A program made the translations under genes and the position numbers. 64,000 nucleotides of DNA from the human T2T-CHM13v2.0 reference genome, Homo sapiens. Location of the stretch: the NCBI RefSeq assembly GCF_009914755.1, contig NC_060942.1; one strand, written 5' to 3'. Under the pieces are notes generated by a model, which saw only the letters and a list, made by a program, of their open reading frames with translations, was not told the DNA's origin and searched no databases. Below, in pieces: positions 1 through 16,605 of the stretch (its first letter is position 1; every line of letters begins with the position of its first letter).

Positions 1-129
1 ATGCCCCCCTCAGCTCATCTGCAGTGAGGCAGTGTGAGCTGGTCCCCCACAGTGGCCAGAGAGGTGTCAGGACTCAGGAGGGGGCTTGCAGAAAGCTGAA
101 CGCACCCACCCACACCTCACCAGGAAGAC

Positions 130-3605
<3,476 letters not shown>

Positions 3606-4159
3606 GTAAAATAGCTCTTCTTTTGTAGTTTGCAAATTAAAACCAGAAACATTAAGCTATATTGATTAAATAGCAGCTATGTATTATAGTCATTAATTAT
3701 AAAATTACATTTGAATGGATGTCATAAAGATTTTAATAAAATAAAACCTAACAACTCTGAGTATTTTTGTAAAACAAAGCAGTTTTTGACTAGATTAAAA
3801 ATGTTCAGTGACCAAAAGAAAGCAGTGTCACAGTTAAAGCTGATAGAGTTTGAACAACATGACTAAGTGTGAGCTCTTGTAAGGCAGAGCCACATTGTAC
3901 GTAAGCATTTACTTTTTAAGGTCTGGTTGTTGTAAATTTTCTACTTTCTACTTAATATTTGATGCAGTGTATACCTGCCTCAATTTCTACTTTTGTGGAA
4001 AATAAGGTAGGAAAGTTCATAGTTTTACCAATTTCAGATACAGCAAACACTTTTCTTGCCACTCCCTGATCGGCAGCTCAGCAGGGGTACTCACCTGATC
4101 CCTGGGCTGCTGCCACAAAAAGCCCCAGACAACTCCTCAGGCACAGTCGCACCCACTGG

Positions 4160-4330
4160 AGCCTGGTTCAGGGATGTGCCTTCTGCCGGGTCACTGGCTG
4201 AAGTGGGCGAGTCATCACCACCTTTAGCGCAGTTTGCTTATCTACAGAAAGGGCGTCATGGGGTCCTCCTCCTTCCAGGCTCATAGTGAACATTTAGTGC
4301 TCTCACCTAGACAGACCACCTAGCACAGAA
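4160..4330 (+). mobile_element. MIR fragment
   Basis: Degenerate MIR core (gggcgagtca...cagtttgcttatctacagaaaggg). Confidence 0.55.
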
Positions 4331-4639
4331 CCTGGAACCCCACGGTGTTAGCCGGCATTCATCCATAAAATGATTTCCAGCTAGATTTTCAGCCATGGCC
4401 TCTAGGGAACCGGAAATGTATTGATGATGAGAGTTGACGGGTGGATTCCCATTGTGTCTGTTTCAACTCCAAAGATGTAGCGGCAGATCCACAAGCAGAT
4501 CAAGGGACCTCAGTCACAGGCCACTCCCTGGAGGCCACTGCCAGTGTCCCATCAGCAAGGACTCATTCTTTTGCGGGCTTCAGAGCTCAAATTCCTGCAA
4601 ACATACAAATGTTTCTTAAATGTGTGTTGTGCAAATTGT

Positions 4640-4778
4640 CAGATTTGAAGTCAGAAACAACCGTGTTTAAATCCAAATTCCTGCCATTTCTAATTGGGTG
4701 GCCCTGCACACATTGCCTAGTCTTGACACCCCCCATTCTTCCCACTGTGAATCACATGGAGTGACTGACCTCATGGAG
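4640..4778 (+). mobile_element. MIR fragment
   Basis: Degenerate MIR core. Confidence 0.45.
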
Positions 4779-4792
4779 CAACAGCATCAGGA

Positions 4793-5140
4793 AGTGGCGC
4801 CTGTGAGTGTGGACCCGTAAGAGGTGGCGGAACCCATGAGTAGTGAAGGGGCCCGTGGGTGGTGGCAGAGCCCGTGAGTGGCGGCAGGACCCGTGGGTGG
4901 TGGCAGGGCCCGTGAGTGGTGGCAGGGCCCGTAAGTGGTGGCAGGACCCGTGGGTGGTGGTGAGGCCCATGTGAGTGGTGGCAGGACCCATGGGTGGTGG
5001 CAGGGCCCGTGAGTGGTGGTGGGGCCCATGAGTGGTTGCAGGACCCATGGGTGGTGGCGGGGCCCGTGAGTGGTGGCGGGGCCCGTGAGTGGTGGCAGGA
5101 CCCATGGGTGGTGGTGGGGCCCCTGAGTGGTGGCGGAGCC
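4793..5140. repeat. 19-bp G-rich minisatellite (GTGAGTGGTGGCAGGGCCC)n, about 18 copies
   Basis: Direct tandem periodicity. Confidence 0.95.
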
Positions 5141-5280
5141 TCTGTAGAGGGTCCCCCTCCCCCCACACCCCTGCCTACCTGTGCTGGGTAGGAGATGAGA
5201 AGGGACATTGGCCAGCAGTGTGTCTGCACGATGGGAAGCCTGGCTGACTTACCAAGTTGTAAAGCAAGTATCGGGGAACA

Positions 5281-5603
5281 GCAGTCTCCAGAGATGTCCT
5301 TGTCCCAGTCCTGGGAAGCTGTGAATGGTTACAGGTGAGGAGGACGGCAGTCTCCAGAGATGTCCCTGTCCCAGTCCTGGGAAGCTGTGAATGGTTACAG
5401 GTGAGGGGGACGGCAGTCTCCGGAGATGTCCCTGTCCCAGTCCTGGGAAGCTGTGAATGGTTACAGGTGAGGGGGACGGCAGTCTCCGGAGATGTCCCTG
5501 TCCCAGTCCTGGGAAGCTGTGAATGGTTACAGGTGAGGGGGACGGCAGTCTCCGGAGATGTCCCTGTCCCAGTCCTGGGAAGCTGTGAATGGTTACAGGT
5601 GAG
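5281..5603. repeat. 66-bp VNTR, about 5 near-identical copies
   Basis: Units start at 5281, 5347, 5413, 5479 and 5545. Confidence 0.95.
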
Positions 5604-5998
5604 CAGGAGTGAGCTTGCCCATCAACTAAGTTTAACTAAAGAGGTTTCCCAGGATGGACCAGGTGCTCTGACATAATGGCAGAGGTTCTGCAATGTCGGG
5701 GAGAAAGGCCAGAGAGCTGGTGGCAGGAAGTTGCTGTGTGAGAGGCCAGCCAGTGCTGCTGACTTTGGAGGTGGAAGAGGGACCAGGAGCCAAGGGGTGT
5801 GGGCAGCCACCAAAGCTGGGAAACTCAGGGATGGTTTCTGCCCTAGGGCACCCAGAAGGAACTCACCCTGCAGACACCCCACTTTTAGCCAATGAGACCC
5901 CTATTGAACATTAACCCCAGAACTGTGAAGAATAAATGTGTGTGGTTTTAAGCCACTAAGCTGCAGTGATTTGTTGTAGCATTGCTAGAAAGCCACAC
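5545..5998 (+). mobile_element. MLT1 (MLT1D-like) MaLR solo LTR
   Basis: gagccaagg...cagaactgtgaagaataaatgtgtgtggttttaagccactaag 3' end. Confidence 0.8.
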
Positions 5999-6094
5999 CA
6001 GCAAGGAGTTGGCATGGGGCATGGTGCAGGCAGCCCTGTTACTCTGGCTGAGCCTACATATGCACATCCTGTGAGAATCACATGAAAGCAAAGG

Positions 6095-8273
6095 GTGTGG
6101 GGCATGGAGGCTTCAGACCTGCGTCCCTGCACAAATCTCATGTCAAATTGTAATCTTCAGTGTTGGAAGTGGGATATGTTGGGAGATGATTGGAGCATGG
6201 GAGCGGATTTCCCCCTTGCTGTTCTCATGACAGTGAGTGAGTTCTCACAAGATCCATGGCTAAAGTGCGTGGCACTCCCCACCCCCCTTCATCCTGCTCA
6301 GGCCATGTAAGATGTCTGCCTCCCCTTCACCTTCCACCATAATTGAAAGTTTCCTGAGACCTCCCCAAGCAGATGTAGCACCATGCTTTCCATACAGCCT
6401 GGAGAACTGTGAGCCAATTAAGCTTATTTTCTTTAAAAATTACCCAGTTTCAGGTATTTTTTGTGGCAGTGAGAGAATGGATTAATACAGAACATAGGTG
6501 CCAAAGAGTGGAGCATTGCTATAAAGATACCTGAAAATGTGGAACCAGCTTTGGAACTGGGTAACTGGCAGAGTCTGGAAGAGTGTGAAAGGCTCGGAAG
6601 AAAACAGGGAGATGAAAGTTTGGAACTCCCTAGAGACTTGTTGAATGGTTGGACCAAAATGCTGAGAGTGATATGGACAATGAAGTTCAGGCTGAGGAGG
6701 TCTCAGATGGACATGAGGAACTTATTGGGAAGTGGAACAAAGGTCACTTTTGTTTCTTAGCAAAGCAATTAGCTGCTTTGTGACCTTGCCCTAGGAATCT
6801 GTGAACTTTGAACTTGAGAGTGTTGATTTAGGGTATCTGGCTGAAGAAATTCCTAATCAGCAAAGCTTTCAACATGTGGCCTGGATGCTTCTAATAGCCT
6901 ATGTTCATATGCATGAGCAAAAATAACCTAAAACAGGAACTTATGTTTCACAGGGGAGCAGAGCCTACAAGTTTGGAAAATTTGCAGCCCAGAAATGTGT
7001 TGGAAGAGAAAAATCAATTTTCTAGGGAGGAATTCAAGCAGGCTGAAGAAATTTGCATATGTAAAGAGAAGCCAAATGTTAATTGCCAAGACAATGGGAA
7101 AAAATGCCTTGAAGCCATTCCAGAGATCTCCAGAGTACCCTACCCATCACAGTCCCAGAGGCATAGGAGAGAAAAGTGGTTTCCTGAGCCAGGACCAGGG
7201 CCCTGCTGCCCTGCACAGCCTCGGGACACTACTTCCTGTATCTCAGTCACTCCAGCTCTACCTGTGGCTAAAAGCAGACCAGGTTTAGCTCAGACCACTG
7301 CTTAAGAGGGTGCAAGTTGTAAGCCTTGGCAGCGTCCACATGATATTAAGCCTGCCATTGTGCAAAGTGCAAGAGTTGAGGTTTGGGAGCCACCACCTAG
7401 ATTTCACAGGATATATGGAAAGGCCTGGATGTCCAGGCAGAAGCCTGCTGCAGGGGCAAAGCCCTCGTGGAGAACATCTGCTAGGGGAATGCAGAGGGGA
7501 AATGTGGGATTGGAGCCCCCACACAGAGTTTCCACTGGGGCAGTGCTTAGTGGAGCTGTGAGAAGAGGGCCACTGTCTTTCAGACCCCAGCATGCTAGAT
7601 CCAATGACAGCTTGCACTGTGTGCCTGGAAAAGGCACAGGCACTCATAGCCAGCTCATGAAAGCAGCAAGGGGGCTGTGTCCTGCAAAGTCACAGGGGTG
7701 GAGCTGTCCAAGGCCTTGGGAGCCCATCTCTTGCCCCAGTGTGCCCTGGATGTGGCATATGGAGTCAAAGTAGATTATTTTGGAGGTTTAAGATTTAACG
7801 ACTGCTCTTCTGGGTTTCAGACTTGCACGGAGCCAGTAGCCCTTTTGTTTTGGCTGATTTCTGCCTTTTGGAATGAGAATATTTACCCAACACATGTGCC
7901 TCCATTGTTTCTTGGAAGTAACTAGCTTGTTTTTTATTTTACAGGCTCATAAGCAAAAGGGACTTGCCTTGTCTCAGATGAGACTTTGGACTTGGACTTT
8001 TGAGTTAATGTTGAAATGAGTTAAGACTTTAGGGAACTGTTGAGAAGAGATCATTATATTTTGCAATGTGAGAAAGACATGAGCTTTAGGAAGAGTCAGG
8101 GGCAGCATGATATGGTTTGAATCTCTGTCTCTGCCCAAATCTCATGTCAAATTATAATCCCCAGTGTTGGAGAAGCCTGGTGGGAGGTGATTGAATCATG
8201 GGGACAGATTTCCCCCTTTGGTGCTGTTCTTGTGATAGAGTTCTCATGAGATCTGGTTGTTTAAAAGTGTGTG
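6095..8273 (+). mobile_element. MST-type MaLR provirus: LTR about 6095-6490, internal about 6490-8105, partial 3' LTR 8108-8273
   Basis: LTR end ggattaataca; a typical THE1/MST internal region; second LTR starting tgatatggtttg. Confidence 0.9.
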
Positions 8274-8659
<386 letters not shown>

Positions 8660-9082
8660 TCAGCCCTGGTGCTACTGGCCCTCGGAGAAGCAACACCTGC
8701 CTCTGCAGGCTGTCACCACAAGGTGCAGAAAACGCAGAGTCCTGAGCTTCATGAGCACAGCCCTCTGAGGGGTTCCTGCTCCTTCAGACCCAAACCCAGC
8801 AAAGCTGAGGGCTATGAAGAGAACTCCAAAGGCATCAGAGATGGAGCCCATGGCAGAGATAGATGTCTCCATGGGACCCAGGCCATTCTTCCTAGGTACC
8901 AGCAAAGGGCACCCTCAGATTATTCTGGTAGTGATCCAGTCACGTCTGTGAGAGACAAATAGCCCAGTCGATTCAGTCAAACAGCCAATGTGATTGACTT
9001 TCTGTTGTTCACTGACTTGACCAATTATTTGACTGCAATGACCTGATTTTTTCAGAATGGCGTACGCAAAGCCGCAACTCAC

Positions 9083-9147
9083 ACAATCAGAAAGAAAGGG
9101 AGGATTGGGGAAATGAGACAGCTTGGAAATCATCACGTTCCCCACGA
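9083..9147 (-). pseudogene. Candidate 65-nt exon: VGNVMISKLSHFPNPPFLSDC
   Basis: ccctccactttctcttcag| acceptor; TGT|gtgagt donor. Confidence 0.45.
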
Positions 9148-10000
9148 CTGAAGAGAAAGTGGAGGGTCTGGTTCGTTCTTCTTGTTACCTCAATAACCAT
9201 TACCTTTCTGCGGGCTGGTGTAGACACTATCTCAGTAAAAGTAATATTAGGCACTTAAAAAAAATGAAGCATATTTGTGACCCTTCAGATGAAGTATAGT
9301 ATAAATTAAAACAAAAGTGGCTAATTTTCAGGCCTCGTGGTCAGCAGTGGGGATGGAGAGGAGCTGCCAGCCCTGCCCGCATGGCACTCTTCAGGTGGGA
9401 GGGGGGCAGTCATCGCAGGAAGCCTTGGGGATGCTGGGCATTACATTGCAAACTTTGACCAGGAACTGGGTACTCTTCCTTCATTAAAGGGTTATCTCAC
9501 TGCAGTGCCAGTCAGCAAGTGAAATTACATCAGGCCTCGGCAGTAGAGCAGCCTTGTTTGGCTCAGAGCCCTGTGCTCCAGCCTCTACCCAGGGCCTTTC
9601 CTTCCAGAGGCTTGATGCAGTCTCTGCCTCCTGCACCCAGGGCTGTGCTTTTCCAATTAAGAGCAGGCGGCCCAGCAGCACCTGTAAAACAGCAACGTTG
9701 CAGAGACACACTATAACAATTCTTTGATGTACAGAGCTAATTTTAGAGCCTTTGAAATCAATTCCTATCACTGATGGGTAAAGTCAAAATGGAAGGCCGG
9801 TGAATCAGGGTGAGGTCAGACTCATGTACAGGTCTAGGTTGATTGGTTTGCAGTAAAATCCCTAAGAGCGGCTAGCTTTTAATGAACTTCTAAAAGAAGT
9901 GAGCTTGTCTTTCCCGAGAACATGGAGCAGAAAGGTGAGCCCCTCGTGTCTGCCACCTAAGTGACTCGCCAGCCCGGCTGTGTGTGGACTTGAGAAACAC

Positions 10001-10139
10001 TCACCAGGGCCCCCCATCCCCCACCTCCCCACTAGGGAAAGAAGGGCGAAGGGCAGCCTGCACTTCCTGCTCACCAGGGCACCCCACCCCCACCTCCCCG
10101 CTAGGGAAAGGAGGGCGAAGGGTGGCCTGCACTTCCTGG
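10001..10139. repeat. 70-bp tandem duplication
   Basis: tcaccagggc...ctgcacttcctg at 10001 and 10071. Confidence 0.9.
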
Positions 10140-11164
10140 TGCTTGTGAAGTTGCATGGGGAGTGAAACCTGCTGGCCACCCAGCTTCCCGAACACAGAGG
10201 ACATCAGCTGGAACACGGTCATCTTCTGCCTTTAACCAGGGGACTGACCAGTGCGCAGCCAGCAGAGAACGCCATCCCAACAGGCCATGTTCCACGGTGA
10301 AGAAATATTTCCAAAGAATCTCTCACCAATCAGAGCTGTGCAGCCCAGAGTCTGGTCCAGGTAGGATTTCCACATAGGGCAGAATCGGGGATATGGTTTA
10401 TGTTAAATACATGGGGGTTGAGTAAAAACATACACACCCTACACACCCTAGTCCCCTGATCCAGTCAGACTTTTTAAATTACCACACTTGCTGAGACATT
10501 CCCAGTGTCATGAATTTCACCTACACGTTTCCACGAGACACATAATGGTCCTTTCTGTTTAACTACCACATCATCACTCTTTGCTGCAAGGGAGTCTCTG
10601 TTTTGGAATTTAAATAGCATTTTGATTGAGATTCAAAACTGGGTGAGCTTAATAATGAAAGAATTGAAAAGCCCATCAGCCTCAACCTAAGAAATAATCA
10701 CGGTTCTCAGTCCTGCTCAGTTTCATTCCATGACGTTCTCTGTCTTCACGTAAAACTTTCCAAACATCATCAGAGTCCACAGAACACTCTTTGGAGTCAC
10801 TGATTCACGGATCATGACAATGAGCGGCTGCCCCACATGCCTTCCAGACACTGTCTTCCCAAGTACTCTCGGCAGCGGGAACCCACTTCAGCAGAGGAGA
10901 TCTGGAGCTGGCTTTTGGACACAAGGGATTTTAGATGACAGAGAAACATCCAAACTGAAAGTGCCTTCTTAGCTGGAAACCCAGGACGAATGATCAGGGA
11001 GGACCTGGGGAAGGGACTCCCTCCCTGTGAAAACCCAGTAACCCTCACAGGTACCACCATTGTCAGGATGGAGCCCCATCAAGTATTAGCTTTGCTTTCT
11101 CCAAAATTCTCTGCTTCAGGTGGCCCAGCTGCTAGATGTGATGACATACATGGGGAATGTGGCC

Positions 11165-12070
11165 GGTCTAACATCTGATGGTCTAATGAACGGTCTCACA
11201 TCTGATGGTCTAATGAACAGTTTCATGTCTGATGGTCTAATGAATGGTCTAACGTCTGATGGTATAATGAATAATCTCATGTCTGATGGTCTAACATCTA
11301 ACATCTAACGTCTACCCGTCTAATGACTAAGGGTTTAACATGTAAGCATCTAACGTCTGATGGTCTAAGGTCTAACATCTAACTTCTACCTGTCTAACAT
11401 CTAAGAGTTTAACATCTAAGAGTCTAACATCTGATGGTCTAATGAACGGTCTAACGTCTGATAGTCTAATGAACAGTCTCATGTCTGATGGTCTAATGAA
11501 CAGTCATGTCTGATGGTCTAACATCTAACATCTAACGTCTACCCATCTAATGACTAAGGGTTTAACATCTAAGAGTCTAACATCTGATGGTCTAATGAAT
11601 GGTCTAACGTCTGATGGTCTAACATCTAACATCTAACGTCTACCCGTCTAACGTCTACCCGTCTAACGTCTAAGGGTTTAACATCTAAGAGTCTAACGTC
11701 TAATGGTCTAAGGTCTAACAGTCAAACATCTAATGGTCTAAGGGTCAAACAGTCTAATGTTTAACAGTCTAACATCTAACGGTCTAACAGTTTAACATCT
11801 AACAGTCTAACGTCAAAGGATTTAAAGTCTAAAGGTCTAACTTCTAATGATCTAATGTCTAAGGTGTAATATCAGTCTAATGGTCTAACATCTAACCGTC
11901 TAACACCTAATGGTCTAATGTCTAAGGGTTTAATGTCTGACAGTCTAAAGTCTAATGATCTATTAATAACATCTAACATCTAAGCGTCTGAAGTCTAATG
12001 TGTAATGGTCTAATGCCTAATGGTCTAACGTCTAAGGGTTTACCATCTACAGGTCTAATGGTCTAATGAT
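11165..12070. repeat. Degenerate (GTCTAAY)-based satellite, about 900 bp
   Basis: TCTAA/TCTGA recurs every 7-8 bp, with repeated higher-order blocks. Confidence 0.95.
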
Positions 12071-12074
12071 GCAG

Positions 12075-12260
12075 TCCTGACTCCCCTACATGCCTGGTAT
12101 GAATTGGTCATTCTTTCCACCTCCCAGAGCCTTTTCATCCCTGTGTAAGTGGGGATAACAACTCCCAACTTGAAATAACCCATGAGAAAGTGCTTGGTAA
12201 ATTCTAAGGAACATGCAGAAAGCCATAGCATATACAGCTGGTGCTCAGTGGACGTATTGA
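12075..12260 (+). mobile_element. MIR fragment
   Basis: ttttcatccctgtgtaagtggggataacaac...catgagaaagtgcttgg. Confidence 0.55.
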
Positions 12261-13547
12261 GCTGCTGTCCCAGAGCCTGGCTCTGTTCCCCTTCAGTATG
12301 TAACTCATACTTCATATCTAAATTAGATTTATTTTCTCTGTGCAGTTCTAAGTTCTAGTATTTAATTTAGAAGGGGCCAAGTAGCCTGAGTGGGGGCAGG
12401 GAGGGGGTGACACTTCTCATTTAAAAATAGTTGCTAATTAATTTTTTGCACATGAAAGGGTTTTATGAAAATTGCCCAATAATTAAAACCTATGCATAAT
12501 GATGAGCATAAATATTTTCAGATACAAAACTCTGGTATCCTCTCAAATCACAGAAGCACTCAGCTGTGTCAGGAAGCTACCCCTGTGAGAGAAGTTGCCA
12601 AATGATCACCCAGTGGCCACCCCCGTCCTTCCACTTGCAAAGCCTCCCCTGGGAGAACCACCACCCCTGCTTCCTCCCTGCTCAGCTTTCTCCGAACCCA
12701 TTCTCCTTCCCTCCGTGCTCAGCCCTGTCTCTGTCTCTGAGCCCGTTCTCCTCCTTTCCTTCCTCCCTAGTTTGCCAAGGGGTTCTCTTTCAGGAAGTTG
12801 CTTGACTCTTCCTTCAACATGAAATCTTCTGAGGTTGGTCCTGGCCAGCAAAGCCCTTCCTTGATGCACACCCCAGGAGGCATTCAACACCCAGGGGTCC
12901 CCAGGACTCCAAGGCCAGCATTGGCTCAGGCAAGAGCCCCGTTGTGGATTCTCCTCACCTCTGCCGGCGCCTGCCTGGCCCCTCCTCCTGGCTGCCTGCA
13001 TTGCTGGGTTCTGTACAAGAGGCCAGTCCCACCTGGAGGAAGCCAGGGTAGATGGAGCCAAGTGCTGAGGGAGGAGAAAGCAGCTGTTACTTCCAACTGG
13101 ACGGATTCCCCAGAAAAGGAGGCCCCAGGACCATGGAGCTGAGTGGGAGCAGGAACAGAGGCAGAATCGAGGGCACTCTAGCCTGCAGATGAAGGGCCCC
13201 CGGGGTCTCCATCTGGAGGGCGAATATCTGACTTAGTCCTAAAACAACAGTGAGGGCTGCAAGATGTGTCGAGAACCGGCTGTAAATCAGGTGCAGCACA
13301 CTCCCTGGCAGCCAGGTTACCTGAGCTGAGCCGACGGGCTTGGACGCGATGAGAACCACCTGCCCCACAGTCAGGCGCAGAAGAACACGTGGGGGTACTG
13401 ATGTCAGCACCAGCACCTCTCAGATCACACTAAAATCCTGGGGCCATGTTGGCTCGAAGAAAGTAAGGGTTAGAATTGTGGATTCTGGGGAAGAGCCAAG
13501 TGCTGGTTTCATAAAGGTCCTCAAACTCCCGACAACCCAACAAGAAG

Positions 13548-13920
13548 GTGTCACAGGCTGGACTGTGTCCCCCCGAAGATGCTGAAGTCCTGACCCCCGT
13601 AAGTACGGGCGCACATGCAGTATCCAGAAATGCGATCTTTGCAAACAACCAGGTTGATACGAAATCTTTAGGACGCTAACCCTACAGGACTCCTGTCCTC
13701 ACGAGAAGAGGAGAGGAGGACACGGACACAGAGGACAGCCGAGAGATGAACCAGGGAGGGAGAGACGTCTGAAAGCCCAGGAGAGAGGCCTCGGGAGGAG
13801 CCACCCTGCCCACGCCTTGATCTTGGACTTCTGCATGGAGAGCTGAGAAAGTTAGCTTCTGTTGTTTATGCTGCCTGGTCTGTGGGATGTTATGGCAAAT
13901 CCTCAGGAGACTTGCACACT
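13548..13920 (+). mobile_element. MLT1A/B-like LTR
   Basis: ggctggactgtgtcccc start; ccctgcccacgccttgatcttggacttc. Confidence 0.75.
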
Positions 13921-14359
13921 AGGGGCCACTGGGCTGGAGCCAGAGAACCACCTACCAGTCTATAGTTGTTCTGGAATCTAGCGAAGGACTGCCGAGTGTC
14001 AGAGGCAGAAGGGAGAGCTTGGGGTGGACTCACCGACCCAGCTGTCCTTAGAGGAGAAACTGAGGTGCGTTTGTGTCTAGCGCCCCCTGCCCAGGGACAG
14101 GCCAAATCCCAGCACCAGGCCACAGCACTCCTCTTTCAGCCTTCTTTTAGGTAATAAAATCCTTTTCAGATCATGGACTAAACAATAATAATCTTAGTCT
14201 TAGAAATGAAAAACCTTTGCTAAAAGAGGTTTTCTTCTTGATAAGGAGTGAGGCTTTTAAATTTCATTTCTGATGCACCAACATTTTGAGACATCAAAAC
14301 TAAGGGGAAGGGAGTGAAGAAAAACTCACTGGGCAGTGATTAGATACATCTAATATTCA

Positions 14360-14682
<323 letters not shown>

Positions 14683-14945
14683 TCAAATAAATGCTCTAGT
14701 TTGGACATAGTTGTTGGTTATCCTGTAATAAAATCATAACCTAAGGTAGGCTTAATAGTTGAGAACGAATAGAAGAAACTGACATATGCAAATGAGGATA
14801 AGGGCAGGAATTTAACACATGAAGATGTCCTGAAAGTGAAGGGATTAAAGCAATAAGCTAAAACCAAACACAGTGGAAATGAAAGCAACACATTACCGTT
14901 TGATCGACTTTGGGGAATACAATGAAAATGAAAGCAACATGTTAC

Positions 14946-14970
14946 CATTTGATTATTTTTGGGGAATAAC
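14946..14970 (-). pseudogene. Candidate 25-nt micro-exon (LFPKNNQM, phase 2-0)
   Basis: ggatttttggcgttgcag| acceptor; ATG|gtaaca donor; lies in a 49-bp tandem duplication. Confidence 0.35.
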
Positions 14971-16261
14971 CTGCAACGCCAAAAATCCAAGGAGGAAGGG
15001 CGCGGGCTGCACCTGTCGGGCTCAGCGGGCTCAGCAGGCTCACGGTTCACCAATGTATGCCTGCATGGCAGAGCCCTTCAAGGGGAGAGAGATTCCACCT
15101 TCCAAAGACAAATGGAAATGAAGAGCTGTGTAATTATTAGTTTTGTTGCAAGCAGATCAATCATTTGCGATGAACAACTCTGCGGTCACATCTGATCTTT
15201 CAGCAGACCAGGGCCCGCAGTGCGACTTGGGCAGCACGGCCCATGCTGGCTGGATTACAGCAGGCTTGGCAGCGGGGAGGTGGGCCTGCATCCGTGTCAT
15301 CCGGACTCTTGTAATTATGACAGATGATTAAATGTGTTATTTTCAGCAAAGCAATGGCAGCTGGAATGGGAACTCAGGGCTGGAAAGAGGCAAGGCTGTG
15401 GCTTGGAAGGCTCTTCCGTTGCTGACGCGCACAGACTGAGTACCGCGGCGCCCCAGGTGGCTGGGTGCCCGACGCCTCTCACTCTGCCCATCAGCTCCCG
15501 GCTGCGTTTCGAAGCCCGCCCCACCCTCAGCAAAGCGGCCGGGGTGTGCCAGAGAGACTGCAGGCACAAAGATGCTTCTAGCCAAGGTGCAGAGGTCAGC
15601 CCAAACCCCAAACTGTCTTCAATGATGCTGTCAGAAAGGATGCAGGGGCCCAGGGACAGCTCTCAGTCCAGACAACCTAGCGGGAGATGGTGTGGGCTTC
15701 CCGAAAGGGGTGGAAGCTTCTGGAGCTGCCCCCTTAGCTTCCACTCACTCCACTGACTTCAGGGCAAAGGACAAGGCCCTTAAGGCTCCCCTCAATCACA
15801 GACGCTGTCTTCCATTGGTGTCACATTATTCAGAGGCACTTTCGAAAGCAATGGGGGCGGCCTGGCCTGTGCAAGCTTCGCCTGAGAGCTGGCCACGGAC
15901 CCTTGAAGCATCTGGCGTCCTCTGACAGTGTCCTTGACTCCGCCAAGGTCAGGTTTTCTCCAAATGCAGGACTTCTTGTCTTGGCAGCTGGAAGGAGAAG
16001 CCAATCTGACACTAGAAGGATCATCCTCGCGAAGGACTTTCCGCACAGGAGGCTCTGTCCGGCGGTGGCTCTCAGCCCAGGCTCGAACCAGTGGAATCTG
16101 CTCCCACTGCTTTCGAAAGCTCCTCTGAATGATGGCATGGCACAAACAGAAGACAGAACCTACATTTTCATCAAAAGAGAGAGGATGAGGCCACCCAGGA
16201 TCCTCCCAGGCCTCCTGGGCCAGTCAGGGGTGGAGCACGTTCAGCTCCCAGACCATGGGGG

Positions 16262-16605
16262 AACTCCCTGCAGGCCTGTGGGGTTTCCTCTCTCCAGCCT
16301 CATGCTCCTGAGGCCTGTGGGGTTTCCTCTCTCCAGCCTCGTGCTCCTGACCTTGGGGGAAGTCCCTGCAGGCCCATGGGGTTTTCTCTCTCCAGCATCG
16401 GGTTCCTGAAGCCTGTGGGGTTTTCTCTCTCCAGCCCTGTGCTCCTGAGGCCTGTGGGGTTTCCTCTCTCCAGCCCCGTGCTCCTGAGGCCTGTGGGGTT
16501 TCCTCTCTCCAGCCTCGTGCTCCTGAGGCCTGTGGGGTTTCCTCTCTCCAGCCTCGTGCTCCTGAGGCCTGTGGGGTTTTCTCTCTCCAGCCTCGTGCTC
16601 CTGAG
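16262..16605. repeat. 39-bp VNTR, about 8 copies
   Basis: aggcctgtggggtttcctctctccagcctcgtgctcctg units. Confidence 0.95.

Noticed and set aside
6539-7925. Cluster of 70-137-aa ORFs
   Set aside because: Degenerate MaLR internal sequence.
11165-12070. Interstitial telomeric repeat
   Set aside because: The minus strand reads TTAGAY-type 7-8-mers, not TTAGGG.
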